This document shows, piece by piece, positions 8,821-17,474 of a DNA stretch of 60,746 nt. The notes beneath the pieces were generated by a model, which did no database searches, was not told where the DNA came from, and was given only the letters and a program-made list of their open reading frames with translations. Every line of letters starts with the position of its first letter. The first letter of the stretch is position 1. This stretch comes from a virus. Taxonomy: Duplodnaviria; Caudoviricetes. The position numbers and the translations under genes were made by a program. The DNA lies in IMG/VR virus record IMGVR_UViG_3300049491_000195, positions 1-60,746 of that record; one strand, 5' to 3'.

Positions 8821-10414
8821 CTAACTTTGATAGAGCTTCCGTCTTTGACTCTGCCTTCATTACAAGGTTTAGGTTTGCATCAATATCAATTAATGACTCT
8901 GCTGTTATCTCCTGAAGAACTTTTTCTTCCTTAATTTTACCAAAGATTGAATCAAATTCAGTTACAACCTTCTTATCACCGAAGCTTACATATTTTAGAA
9001 AAGAATCATGTTCCTTCAACATGGTATAGGGATCCGGCAACAACGGGTCTAGCAATACTTCAACAAATTTATTAAAATAGATGATAGAATTAGGAAGAAA
9101 CTTGCTTAACTTTACACCCTTAGATCTGCACTGGTCCCAATCAGAGACAAGAAATTCTTCGGGATCTCTGGTTGCATAATCTAAGTCAGCCAATCTATTC
9201 ACTTCCTGAATAGCCTGAATATGATTGTACACATTATGTGCCATTACCAATGCGTAAGTGGTTGTATCCCAGCTTGTCTTCCCTTCTTTACCATGTTTGT
9301 TTAGATCACCGGGACCCATTACGCATAGATCACCCAGTGTCAATCTTTCCATGATGGGTCCCTGGAAGGGCGCACCGGCAGTGCTGCCCTTCAATGACTT
9401 ATCATCAATTCCTCTGCCCATCGCATATGTAAGCTGATGCGGACTAAATTTATTGTAATTGTATGAAAGTGCATAACCACCTGCTGCAACAAAGGGAGAT
9501 GCGGCATCGAAACTAATATTGATGTTAGGATTATCGTGCTTTCGAAGTTGTCGTTCAATAGATGTTAAGTAACACGCCCAATCAAGCCTACCAATTCCCA
9601 AAAAGTGAATCCAATCCTTATCCTTAAGTAGCCCATCACGACGTAGATCAAGAATGCGCTCCAGAACGGTATACATGTTCTTCATGTTGATACCCGCAAA
9701 TGCCCATCCCTCTAAAGTACGATCACTTGTGTAATCCATTTTTTCCACTTCAGATGGAATGCTGAACTTCTTTACACACTCGTACCATGTCCTTGAGTTT
9801 TCATTACTGCTGCCCGACAGTACATTTAGGAACTTTGTCGCGCCCGGCACACGATGTTTCATAAAATAATGAAGATTGTATTCTGTAACTTCAAGACAGT
9901 CTTCAAATTTTGTGAGGCCAGTTTTCTCACTCAATGGTGGGAGTGCGGCAAACGCCGGAACATCGAGCGTCATTGACCAATCTGCAGTGTGTTCAAGGTA
10001 TCGAAGAATTTCTTCTCTTAGTTTATCACCGGCCGGAGTCTTAACAGTTGCCCAATCAAGTTTGATAACGCCTGTAGCAATTTGGAAACCACCGGAGTCA
10101 CCGATTAGAATTGTATCCTTATCTCTTTTGTGAATCATTGGTTCTCTAGCATCACACTTAGATAGATTTCTCTCAGCGTGGCCGGCCGAATATAATCCAA
10201 ATTTATAGTTAAAGTAACTATAGTCTGGATCAAAGAAATTAAGACCTTGTAGGCCAAATTCGAAATTTTTTGGCAGACGCGCCTGCGGCACAAATTTTTC
10301 GTCTGCCAAATCCTTGCCCAGGTGTGTAGTATAAAAACCACTGATAGCAGGCAGGTATTTTGCCCAACCACCAGCAATGTGTCGTTCTGTGAAATTTACT
10401 ATGTTTTTTGTCAT
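8813..10414 (-). CDS. tRNA-guanine transglycosylase-fold protein (DpdA-like 7-deazaguanine transglycosylase)
   Basis: DSGGFQ catalytic motif, TLDVP, LNVLSG, GWAFAG, IHFLGIG, ISFDAAS in the TGT motif order; near queE and the QueD-like gene. Confidence 0.8.
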   Translation of the reverse strand: MTKNIVNFTERHIAGGWAKYLPAISGFYTTHLGKDLADEKFVPQARLPKNFEFGLQGLNFFDPDYSYFNYKFGLYSAGHAERNLSKCDAREPMIHKRDKDTILIGDSGGFQIATGVIKLDWATVKTPAGDKLREEILRYLEHTADWSMTLDVPAFAALPPLSEKTGLTKFEDCLEVTEYNLHYFMKHRVPGATKFLNVLSGSSNENSRTWYECVKKFSIPSEVEKMDYTSDRTLEGWAFAGINMKNMYTVLERILDLRRDGLLKDKDWIHFLGIGRLDWACYLTSIERQLRKHDNPNINISFDAASPFVAAGGYALSYNYNKFSPHQLTYAMGRGIDDKSLKGSTAGAPFQGPIMERLTLGDLCVMGPGDLNKHGKEGKTSWDTTTYALVMAHNVYNHIQAIQEVNRLADLDYATRDPEEFLVSDWDQCRSKGVKLSKFLPNSIIYFNKFVEVLLDPLLPDPYTMLKEHDSFLKYVSFGDKKVVTEFDSIFGKIKEEKVLQEITAESLIDIDANLNLVMKAESKTEALSKLDE

Positions 10415-10659
10415 TCTGAATCCGGAATTTCGATTAATTGATAGATGCGATATTTAGGCGGTTTGCCCGACTTCTTCTCAGTTTTATGGTCACGAGCAGT
10501 CTGTTCATTTACGTATGTACGAAATTGCTTTGCTTCTTCCATTGTACCGAAATGAACTTCGCTATGATAAGCGTAAATGCAAATAGAAGACTTGGGATCT
10601 TCTGGATCCCAAGGACGACCTACGGCATAACTAAATTTCTGTTGTTCTTTCTTCTTCAT
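10411..10659 (-). CDS. hypothetical protein
   Basis: ORF track. Confidence 0.6.
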   Translation of the reverse strand: MKKKEQQKFSYAVGRPWDPEDPKSSICIYAYHSEVHFGTMEEAKQFRTYVNEQTARDHKTEKKSGKPPKYRIYQLIEIPDSE

Positions 10660-10798
10660 TTTTATGCTCGTGCTGATAGATAAGCCTCATATGCCTGCGT
10701 ATGAATTGGAGGTCATCAAAATCTGCCCGCTCCTGAGCTAATTTCTCAAAGAGAATTTGCTCAGATTTGGGATCAATAGATTCTGGTAACTCTGGCAT
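10631..10798 (-). CDS. hypothetical 55-aa protein (not in ORF track)
   Basis: Manual translation MPELPESIDPKSEQILFEKLAQERADFDDLQFIRRHMRLIY...; start coupled to the upstream stop (TAATG). Confidence 0.5.
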   Translation of the reverse strand: MPELPESIDPKSEQILFEKLAQERADFDDLQFIRRHMRLIYQHEHKNEEERTTEI

Positions 10799-11529
10799 TA
10801 AGTCTTGCTTGCCGGAAGGATATAACTGTAACGACCGATGCCGCTGTCGATATCAATCTTCATCGCACCCATATCTGAGAAATGAAGTGTAACATCTTCG
10901 GTGTCGTTAAGTTTCAGAATGCTCAGTACCTGTGAAAGAGGCCACGACCATTGATGCTTCAATGCGCCAGTAATTCCCTTCGCAAACGGGAGGTTGGTTC
11001 TGTCTGTTGGACCGCTACCAATTGAGAAGTTCAGTGTGTCTCCCTTTGTGGAAACAATGAAACGCTTCTCGGCACCACCCAATACACCTGCATATTGGTT
11101 CAAACGATCAACCTTAGCCTTTTCTGGCTTTAGTGTAACGTTCCATGTTGCACCCTTGAATGGCGGAACCTTGATTTGTTCATTTGCCATTGTTTCGCCC
11201 ATGAAGCGATATGATGCAACATCACCTTCCAAGTCATCGAACTTGAGTTCTGTGGGTACAGAAGCGCCAGCTCTAACTTCTTCGTCTACCGTAACTGTAG
11301 ACTTATCGTGAAGGTCCATAAAGCCCTTCAGTAATCCCAATCTTGACAATCCCACAGTGGATTGCAATTCCTTGATTGGTTGATACATTTCGCCATACAG
11401 TACCACAGTCTTGTCTGCATCGATTGCTTCAATCTTTGCATCAGTTGCAGTACCAATTAGCTTTACCATTTCTACGAAGCCCAGCGAATGTGTGTGCTTC
11501 ACAATATCTTTAAGTGAATCTAGTAACAT
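10798..11529 (-). CDS. probable DNA polymerase sliding clamp (gp45-like)
   Basis: 243 aa, clamp-like two-domain pattern ending YSYILPA, just downstream of PolB; clamp loader present elsewhere in the window. Confidence 0.55.
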   Translation of the reverse strand: MLLDSLKDIVKHTHSLGFVEMVKLIGTATDAKIEAIDADKTVVLYGEMYQPIKELQSTVGLSRLGLLKGFMDLHDKSTVTVDEEVRAGASVPTELKFDDLEGDVASYRFMGETMANEQIKVPPFKGATWNVTLKPEKAKVDRLNQYAGVLGGAEKRFIVSTKGDTLNFSIGSGPTDRTNLPFAKGITGALKHQWSWPLSQVLSILKLNDTEDVTLHFSDMGAMKIDIDSGIGRYSYILPASKT

Positions 11530-11725
11530 TTTCTTCCTTTATGAAAACGGGTAGAAGTATCCAGTCAAAAAAGACATGAGATTTTAGAAAATTTTCTAAA
11601 TCTCCTGAATACAATCTTTCACATGTTAGTTTTGTTTGTCCGCCAATAATGCCGTAGGTAAGATAATACAATATACCGTCTGTGCCATTAAGCTTCTTTA
11701 ATTGTTCTGAAAAATATTCTTTCAT
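11510..11725 (-). CDS. hypothetical protein
   Basis: ORF directly after a sigma70-like promoter. Confidence 0.5.
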   Translation of the reverse strand: MKEYFSEQLKKLNGTDGILYYLTYGIIGGQTKLTCERLYSGDLENFLKSHVFFDWILLPVFIKEENVTRFT

Positions 11726-11730
11726 ACCCT

Positions 11731-11759
11731 AGTATACAGAGTCTGTTACAGAATGTCAA
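11731..11759 (-). promoter_or_regulatory. sigma70-like promoter
   Basis: TTGACA-17 nt-TATACT. Confidence 0.75.
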
Positions 11760-11764
11760 GGTGT

Positions 11765-14716
11765 TCACATGGCGCTGAAGTCAAACAATGTCTCCAAATG
11801 TGCGTGCTCTTTGTTGGTACGGCTTAGGTCCCACTTCAGCACACCGAGCAAGTTCTCAACCTTCTTGTCAACAATACCAGCCTGCATGCCGTCGGTGTCG
11901 AATGGTAGGTTTAAGAACCAATCCGGTAAGTGTGCCTCGTCTACAGGATAGGCAATGCTGCTTAGATAGTTTTCTGGTGTCTCTCTTAGCTTGCAAACAA
12001 TAATCTTCTGTCCGTCAATAATCCGCATGGCATGTTGATCCATGTTGATTTCCTTCATTCTATTCCATGCAAGACTTGCTGTAACGTGTCCCGGAACATG
12101 CAGGTTACCCATATCAATACCCTTTAGTTTCTTGATACCAGCTTCCTCAATCTTGTCTCGATAGAATGTTAGCTTGTTAACTGCTCGTGGAGTACCTTGT
12201 TGCCAAGGCTTCATGTCTTCGAACTTTTCCTTGAATAAACGGATCTTATCAATAACTGCTGCTTCACCCTTATCGCACAATGTATCCATCAAAATATCTG
12301 ATAGGAACTCTTGTACGAACTTAGGAGTATCTGCGCGCTTCAAGTCCAGACCCATAGCCTTAACTTTACCTGGCTTACCACCAACGTCGAGTCGGATTCC
12401 GTCCTTGTCATACATCAAACAAGCATAACGCTTCTTAACCATCCAAATGCCACTTACAGAAACAGTTTCACGTGAGCTTGCAATAACACCAGTTGAACGC
12501 TTAACTGGAACATTTAGCTTGCCAAGCAAGAACTCTGGGAACGTTGCAGAAACCGCCTTCGCTAGGTCGTTATACAATGCAATGATACTTTCCTTAGACC
12601 AGTCAATATTACCGTTCTCAATTTCTGACTTAAGAATTGGATACGCGGAGAAATAGCACGAGTCTGTATCACCGTAAACAATGGCATCACCGTAGTGGTC
12701 ATAATCGCCAGTCATCATCTCGTTGGTTTTGGCTGCCATGTGCTTGGTAATTGTTCTACCAGTCAATGTTGTGGATTGACCCAGACGCTGGTCGAAGAAT
12801 CTGCTACCTGCATTCAACAAAGCGCCGTAAGCGGAGTTCAAGTTAATCTTCTTTACCAACTGACGCTTATCCCAATATCCAATAATGCGCTTCAAGTCCT
12901 TTTGGTTACGGTGAATAGCCTTACCATCCTTAACCATTAGGTTGTGTTGGTTCATGTACTGAACAACTCTAGCCTTGTGTCCTTCAGACACAATTTCCTT
13001 CAATTTTGTAGGCTTGTAGGACTCGGCGTCAACGTAGGGGTTGGCCTTAATGCCGGCATCGGAGATATCGTCATTTGTGAACAAATTATCAGGTACAAGT
13101 ACACCTTCTATCTTAGCATTGTCCTCGATGTCTGTGTAGTTGGTCATAATTTTCTGCAAGACCTTACGCTCGTTGTACCAACGAGTCAATAGTCTTGGAA
13201 TCACGCCTTCTACGTCAGTCTTGAAAATAGTACCATTGGCACTAATGCACCATGGCTGTCCACTTTCAAAGATCAAGTCATAAAGTTCCTTACCTGTAAC
13301 TTCAAACTCACTACCGTCTTCCATGTCAAGGATTAGCTTGGTACCAATATCCTTGTTATAGAACTCTTCCATTTCTAGAACATTGAATCTGTCGTTCCAC
13401 CATTGTGCGAATGTATGCTTACCGCCCTTAGATTCATAATCAGCAATAGCCTGGTTGGTACGATCAAGACGAATCTGCCCAACAATAGTTTCTGGGCTCA
13501 TATTCAGTGTTCTAATAACAGATGGATATAATGACTTCATGTCAGTGGATGCGATCCAGCGGTGAAATCCCTTACGTGGGTTCGCTACCCAACCGCCTGC
13601 TGCGCGAGTAGCTGTTTCATCATGCCCACGCTTCTTATCGGGACATACTTCACCGCAGCTATGCGCTTCAACAAGAACAGCCTGGTCTGTAACTGCTACC
13701 GCACCCATTGTTGTTTGAATAAGCACGCAGGTACCGTGTGCAATGGAATTTGCCAATTCAATGAATTGCAACTTCTTGTCAAGTCTGTCCAACAACCGTG
13801 TATCTTGAATGTTATACTCTAAGAACCTCTTAAAATCGTCATTGTATAATTCGTCAAGTGTACCTTCATACGCAATCTTACTTTCACCCAATTCCGTGTC
13901 GGCAATTGCGTTCAGTGCATAACTGTGACGTTCTTCATAGTTGTATTTCTTGTAGATTTGCATGTAGTCCACATGAACACGACCAATCAAGTCATATGTT
14001 TGTGCAGCCTTACCGCCACGTTCAAATTCGCGTGGTTTTGGTTCTTGATCCCACAAGCATAGTTTCCTAGCCTCATGTCGGCCCAGGGCTTTCTTGATAC
14101 GATTTACAACATAGGGAATATCATACGCTTCACTGTTCCAACCACTAAGAATGTCTGCATCTTCAATAACGGACATGAATGCTTGTAGCATTTCACCTTC
14201 GGACTTGAATAGCACAACATTGCCAACACTTTCGGCAATTTCTTGTGCTTCGTCCCATGTGAGTGTTTCTGGTGGTACAGCCAAACAAATAATTTCATCA
14301 ATCCACTGTAAGTGTACAGATATGGATGTGATGTAATTGTCTGCATCCGATGCTTCCGACCAGCCCGATTCTTTATCGAAACTTGTTTCAATGTCGAAGA
14401 AAGCGATGTTTAGTGCCGGTGCTTCAGAATGTAGGTAATTCTGTTCAATGCAACGGAAGATGGGATCAACATCCGACTCCCATCGTTTGACGTTACCAGA
14501 AAGAGATTTAACCAGTTTTTGTTTTTCTACAAAGGTTCGTGGAACTACCTTCTTTACGACATCGCCGTAAATAGATTTATGTGAACCTTTGGGATCATTA
14601 ATAAAGAAATGGTAATCAGGTGCGTATTCCTTGTAAACGCGCTTGCCGTTTACTCTTTCTACTACCTTGATTACCTCTTGATCGCCACCGCGTTTGAAAA
14701 GGCAATCTACGTACAT
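11765..14716 (-). CDS. family B DNA polymerase (gp43-like)
   Basis: Exonuclease motifs DIET, WNSEAYD, YNIQD; polymerase motifs DMKSLYPS, KINLNSAYG, YGDTDS, KKRYA. Confidence 0.96.
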   Translation of the reverse strand: MYVDCLFKRGGDQEVIKVVERVNGKRVYKEYAPDYHFFINDPKGSHKSIYGDVVKKVVPRTFVEKQKLVKSLSGNVKRWESDVDPIFRCIEQNYLHSEAPALNIAFFDIETSFDKESGWSEASDADNYITSISVHLQWIDEIICLAVPPETLTWDEAQEIAESVGNVVLFKSEGEMLQAFMSVIEDADILSGWNSEAYDIPYVVNRIKKALGRHEARKLCLWDQEPKPREFERGGKAAQTYDLIGRVHVDYMQIYKKYNYEERHSYALNAIADTELGESKIAYEGTLDELYNDDFKRFLEYNIQDTRLLDRLDKKLQFIELANSIAHGTCVLIQTTMGAVAVTDQAVLVEAHSCGEVCPDKKRGHDETATRAAGGWVANPRKGFHRWIASTDMKSLYPSVIRTLNMSPETIVGQIRLDRTNQAIADYESKGGKHTFAQWWNDRFNVLEMEEFYNKDIGTKLILDMEDGSEFEVTGKELYDLIFESGQPWCISANGTIFKTDVEGVIPRLLTRWYNERKVLQKIMTNYTDIEDNAKIEGVLVPDNLFTNDDISDAGIKANPYVDAESYKPTKLKEIVSEGHKARVVQYMNQHNLMVKDGKAIHRNQKDLKRIIGYWDKRQLVKKINLNSAYGALLNAGSRFFDQRLGQSTTLTGRTITKHMAAKTNEMMTGDYDHYGDAIVYGDTDSCYFSAYPILKSEIENGNIDWSKESIIALYNDLAKAVSATFPEFLLGKLNVPVKRSTGVIASSRETVSVSGIWMVKKRYACLMYDKDGIRLDVGGKPGKVKAMGLDLKRADTPKFVQEFLSDILMDTLCDKGEAAVIDKIRLFKEKFEDMKPWQQGTPRAVNKLTFYRDKIEEAGIKKLKGIDMGNLHVPGHVTASLAWNRMKEINMDQHAMRIIDGQKIIVCKLRETPENYLSSIAYPVDEAHLPDWFLNLPFDTDGMQAGIVDKKVENLLGVLKWDLSRTNKEHAHLETLFDFSAM

Positions 14717-14967
14717 TAACCTAGCCCTGCCGCTTTGTACAGCTCTTCTAGAGTTTCAACGTCTTCACGCTTATCATTCATATCACCCTTCTGGCAAATC
14801 TTGATAAGCTTGTTTAGGATTGCAGGCTTGACTTCTAATTCTTCTGCGATTGCTTTTACGGTTTCGCTTAGACCTTGTTTCAGATCTTCGCATTCTTGTA
14901 AGACTTGAACGCCGTCAGCAATGACTTGTTTCAATCGTACAACATTTTCTGGGGATAGTTTAGCCAT
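14716..14967 (-). CDS. T4 DsbA-like dsDNA-binding protein
   Basis: 83-aa helical protein, EDLKQGLSETVKAIAEELEVKPAILNKLIK...ETLEELY pattern. Confidence 0.6.
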   Translation of the reverse strand: MAKLSPENVVRLKQVIADGVQVLQECEDLKQGLSETVKAIAEELEVKPAILNKLIKICQKGDMNDKREDVETLEELYKAAGLG

Positions 14968-15006
14968 TTGACTCCTCGAACTTATAGTTTACTTACCGTT
15001 GCAGTA

Positions 15007-15035
15007 AGTATAGGCAAAACGTTTCTGAAAGTCAA
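15007..15035 (-). promoter_or_regulatory. sigma70-like promoter
   Basis: TTGACT-17 nt-TATACT. Confidence 0.7.
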
Positions 15036-15042
15036 GAATTTC

Positions 15043-15438
15043 TTACTTGCAGGCGCAGCGAGCTTCTTCTTTGCCCTGATAATCCGCTATAGCGGCTTTA
15101 ACGGCATCCTCGGCGAGAATGCTACAATGTATTTTGACCGGAGGTAGGGCGAGTTCTTCTGCAATGTGAGAATTCTTAATGCTTCCTGCCTGCTCAAGCG
15201 TCTTTCCCTTGACCCATTCTGTAACAAGAGAACTGGAAGCAATTGCCGACCCACAACCGTATGTCTTGAATTTCGCATCTTTGATGATTCCGTCTTCTAC
15301 TCTGATTTGAAGTTTCATAACATCGCCACAAGCTGGTGCTCCGACCATTCCTGTACCTACAGAAAGATCGTTCTTATCCAGTGCTCCGACATTGCGTGGG
15401 TTTTCGTAGTGATCTAATACTTTTTCAGAATATGCCAT
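15043..15438 (-). CDS. iscU: Fe-S cluster assembly scaffold IscU
   Basis: MAYSEKVLDHYENPRNVG, APACGD, YGCGSAIASSS, LPPVKIHC. Confidence 0.96.
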   Translation of the reverse strand: MAYSEKVLDHYENPRNVGALDKNDLSVGTGMVGAPACGDVMKLQIRVEDGIIKDAKFKTYGCGSAIASSSLVTEWVKGKTLEQAGSIKNSHIAEELALPPVKIHCSILAEDAVKAAIADYQGKEEARCACK

Positions 15439-16013
15439 TAGTAGCTTCCATATGCATTGCCAGTCAACGGATCGTTGGTGCCCTTGTACATATGTGAATC
15501 ATATCCGTGAATTGGAGATAATACACCGTTCTTCTGTGCCATGTCTGGCTCATCTTCAGTAAAACGATACATTTGGTCTGGCATAACTCTCTTAAACCAT
15601 TCAACGATGAGCGGACGAACGTCTAGGCCAGGGTTGCTGGATTCTAACGCCAATAACTGGTCATTAAGTTCATCATCTTCAATGATTTCCTGTATGTAGA
15701 TTGGTGCTACAACCGCAGGAATTGGCCTTTCCATCATTTTCTTTACTACTTCAAAATCATCATAAGAAAGAGGAAGTTTAGTAACCGCTTCAGCTACTGC
15801 ATGAACACGCGGCATAGCATTTCTCAACTCATAATAATCATCACGCAGGCGTGATTTTAGGAACTCTCTACCAGCTTGACTGGTCTTAGGGTCCATAATC
15901 TTGTCAACATATGTATCCATGCGTCTTTGCAACGCATCAATTTGTCGAACAACTTGCGGAGAGAGGCTCCTATCAGAAGCCCCTTTTGGTAATAATATTT
16001 CTACAATTCGCAT
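15438..16013 (-). CDS. hypothetical late protein
   Basis: ATAAATA at 16018-16024 immediately upstream. Confidence 0.7.
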   Translation of the reverse strand: MRIVEILLPKGASDRSLSPQVVRQIDALQRRMDTYVDKIMDPKTSQAGREFLKSRLRDDYYELRNAMPRVHAVAEAVTKLPLSYDDFEVVKKMMERPIPAVVAPIYIQEIIEDDELNDQLLALESSNPGLDVRPLIVEWFKRVMPDQMYRFTEDEPDMAQKNGVLSPIHGYDSHMYKGTNDPLTGNAYGSY

Positions 16014-16050
16014 CTTGTATTTATCACAAGATGCGGCAGATTAGAAATTA

Positions 16051-16434
16051 TTAAACTTCGAATTCTTTCTTAACAGAAGCAGGAATAAAATCAAAATCAT
16101 ATTCTTCTGCAATCTTAGAAAGAATTGGCAATGCAAACATTGCGCCCGGCAAAGCCATTACAGTTGCGAAACGTGCTGTAACCAGCAATTCCTTCGCCTT
16201 CTTGTTTGCTGCGGTAATTTCGTTAATCGAAGCATCGCCAGAAGCGGCCTTGTTGTAGGTGGAAATTACAGCCTTTACATTCTCAGTTTCAGCAGTAACG
16301 ACGCGCTGAGTCTTTTCAACAATTGCCTTGACATCTTCTGGTGTCTTTGGAAGTGTTGCGAATGTGTCTTGTAGAGCCTTGAAATAATCTTGTGGTGTTG
16401 TGAACATATTGTCTCCTTGTGCCATTTTGGCCAC
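16051..16434 (-). CDS. hypothetical helical protein (possibly phasin-like); start probably MFTTPQ
   Basis: Ala-rich amphipathic sequence; AAGGAG before the internal ATG; palindromic operator upstream. Confidence 0.6.
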   Translation of the reverse strand: MAKMAQGDNMFTTPQDYFKALQDTFATLPKTPEDVKAIVEKTQRVVTAETENVKAVISTYNKAASGDASINEITAANKKAKELLVTARFATVMALPGAMFALPILSKIAEEYDFDFIPASVKKEFEV

Positions 16435-16484
16435 TTGTTATCTGCCTCACCATTGAGCGCAGTTCTTTAGTGTAACTGTATTTA

Positions 16485-16499
16485 TGTTGCAGTGCAACA
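16485..16499. promoter_or_regulatory. perfect inverted repeat TGTTGCA-G-TGCAACA (PhaR-box-like operator)
   Basis: 7-1-7 palindrome overlapping the ATAAATA element at 16479-16485. Confidence 0.5.
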
Positions 16500-16507
16500 A
16501 AACCGCG

Positions 16508-17047
16508 TTATTTCAGGCCTTTTCTGACGTTTGTGTAAACCAAACGCTTAATGTTCTCATTTAAAGATTCCGGCAAGCCAAGGAAGAACTGTTCCTTATT
16601 ACCCTCTGCCGCATATTGACGTAATTTGGTAGCACTTGCACCCTCTACGCCCTCTGACTCGACAATCCTTTGTCCTGCGGATATAACTTCGAATCCAATT
16701 CCCCACATATCCGCATATGGAGTAAATCTTTTGGTAAACTCCGCTGCCTGATCAGAGCCCACTACCATCACTATATTATCATAGCTCTTCGCGAGAGACT
16801 CGAGAGCAATATAGGGATTTCTAATAGTGGCATCCTGCGAGATATTGACTCCCCGAAATGCACTCTCACACACACGTCTTTTGAAAAACCACTCAAGAGG
16901 ATCGGTGGGTGCCTTGTGCGTCTGTGAAAGATACACAATATGGTCTCCACCGGTGGATTTAGCTGTCTCTACTACTTTAGAAACAAGGCGTTCGTGACCC
17001 TTTGTTGGAGGGTTCATTCGGCCAAATGTAAAGACAACGCTACTCAT
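16508..17047 (-). CDS. cytidylyltransferase-like HxGH nucleotidyltransferase
   Basis: FTFGRMNPPTKGH, VVGSD, SATKLR. Confidence 0.8.
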   Translation of the reverse strand: MSSVVFTFGRMNPPTKGHERLVSKVVETAKSTGGDHIVYLSQTHKAPTDPLEWFFKRRVCESAFRGVNISQDATIRNPYIALESLAKSYDNIVMVVGSDQAAEFTKRFTPYADMWGIGFEVISAGQRIVESEGVEGASATKLRQYAAEGNKEQFFLGLPESLNENIKRLVYTNVRKGLK

Positions 17048-17053
17048 TTGCAT

Positions 17054-17082
17054 AGTATAGCACAGTCCTTATCGAATGTCAA
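17054..17082 (-). promoter_or_regulatory. sigma70-like promoter (probably leaderless transcript)
   Basis: TTGACA-17 nt-TATACT; ATG 6 nt downstream. Confidence 0.7.
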
Positions 17083-17391
17083 TTAAACCTTTGGTGGCTT
17101 TAGTGATTCGCTATCGTCGCCTGCTGTAATCTTTGGTAGCAATGCTTTAGCTTGATCTACGCGGGCAGTGTCACGGTTATCCAGGAATTTATTCAGACCT
17201 GCATTGCCCGAACCATATGCTAGATAGGCTAGGAAATACTCAATGCTCATTCCGCCAAGAATGACGAGTTTCCACATGAATACTGTAGCTGCGACTGCGA
17301 CTAACATAGAAATAACGCGAGTTGAAGAGTAACGACCGGTGGCGTTATCTTGTAGGGATTCTTTTACGATTTTGCACAATGTTTGAAACAT
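17083..17391 (-). CDS. small two-TM membrane protein (holin-like)
   Basis: YSSTRVISMLVAVAATVFMW...YFLAYLAY hydrophobic segments; TATAAATA late promoter upstream. Confidence 0.55.
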   Translation of the reverse strand: MFQTLCKIVKESLQDNATGRYSSTRVISMLVAVAATVFMWKLVILGGMSIEYFLAYLAYGSGNAGLNKFLDNRDTARVDQAKALLPKITAGDDSESLKPPKV

Positions 17392-17413
17392 GGGTGTCTC
17401 CTAATTATACCCA

Positions 17414-17421
17414 TATTTATA
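17414..17421 (-). promoter_or_regulatory. T4-type late promoter TATAAATA
   Basis: Exact T4 late consensus. The ATAAATA core recurs upstream of genes at 16018, 16479, 20590, 22371, 26677, 31538, 31603(+), 33064, 37518, 43202, 44304, 45242(+), 51356, 56952, 58013 and 58896. Confidence 0.75.
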
Positions 17422-17422
17422 G

Positions 17423-17453
17423 AAAAAGCCCGGGAGATTAAACCGGGCTTTTT
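17423..17453. terminator. intrinsic terminator (bidirectional form)
   Basis: AAAAAGCCCGG-loop-CCGGGCTTTTT. Confidence 0.8.
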
Positions 17454-17474
17454 GTTTTTGGAAGTTAACTAGAA

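Noticed and set aside
12880-13150. ~90-aa segment in the PolB fingers as a possible intein
   Set aside because: No Cys/Ser start, His-Asn end or LAGLIDADG motifs; T4-type polymerases have long, variable fingers here
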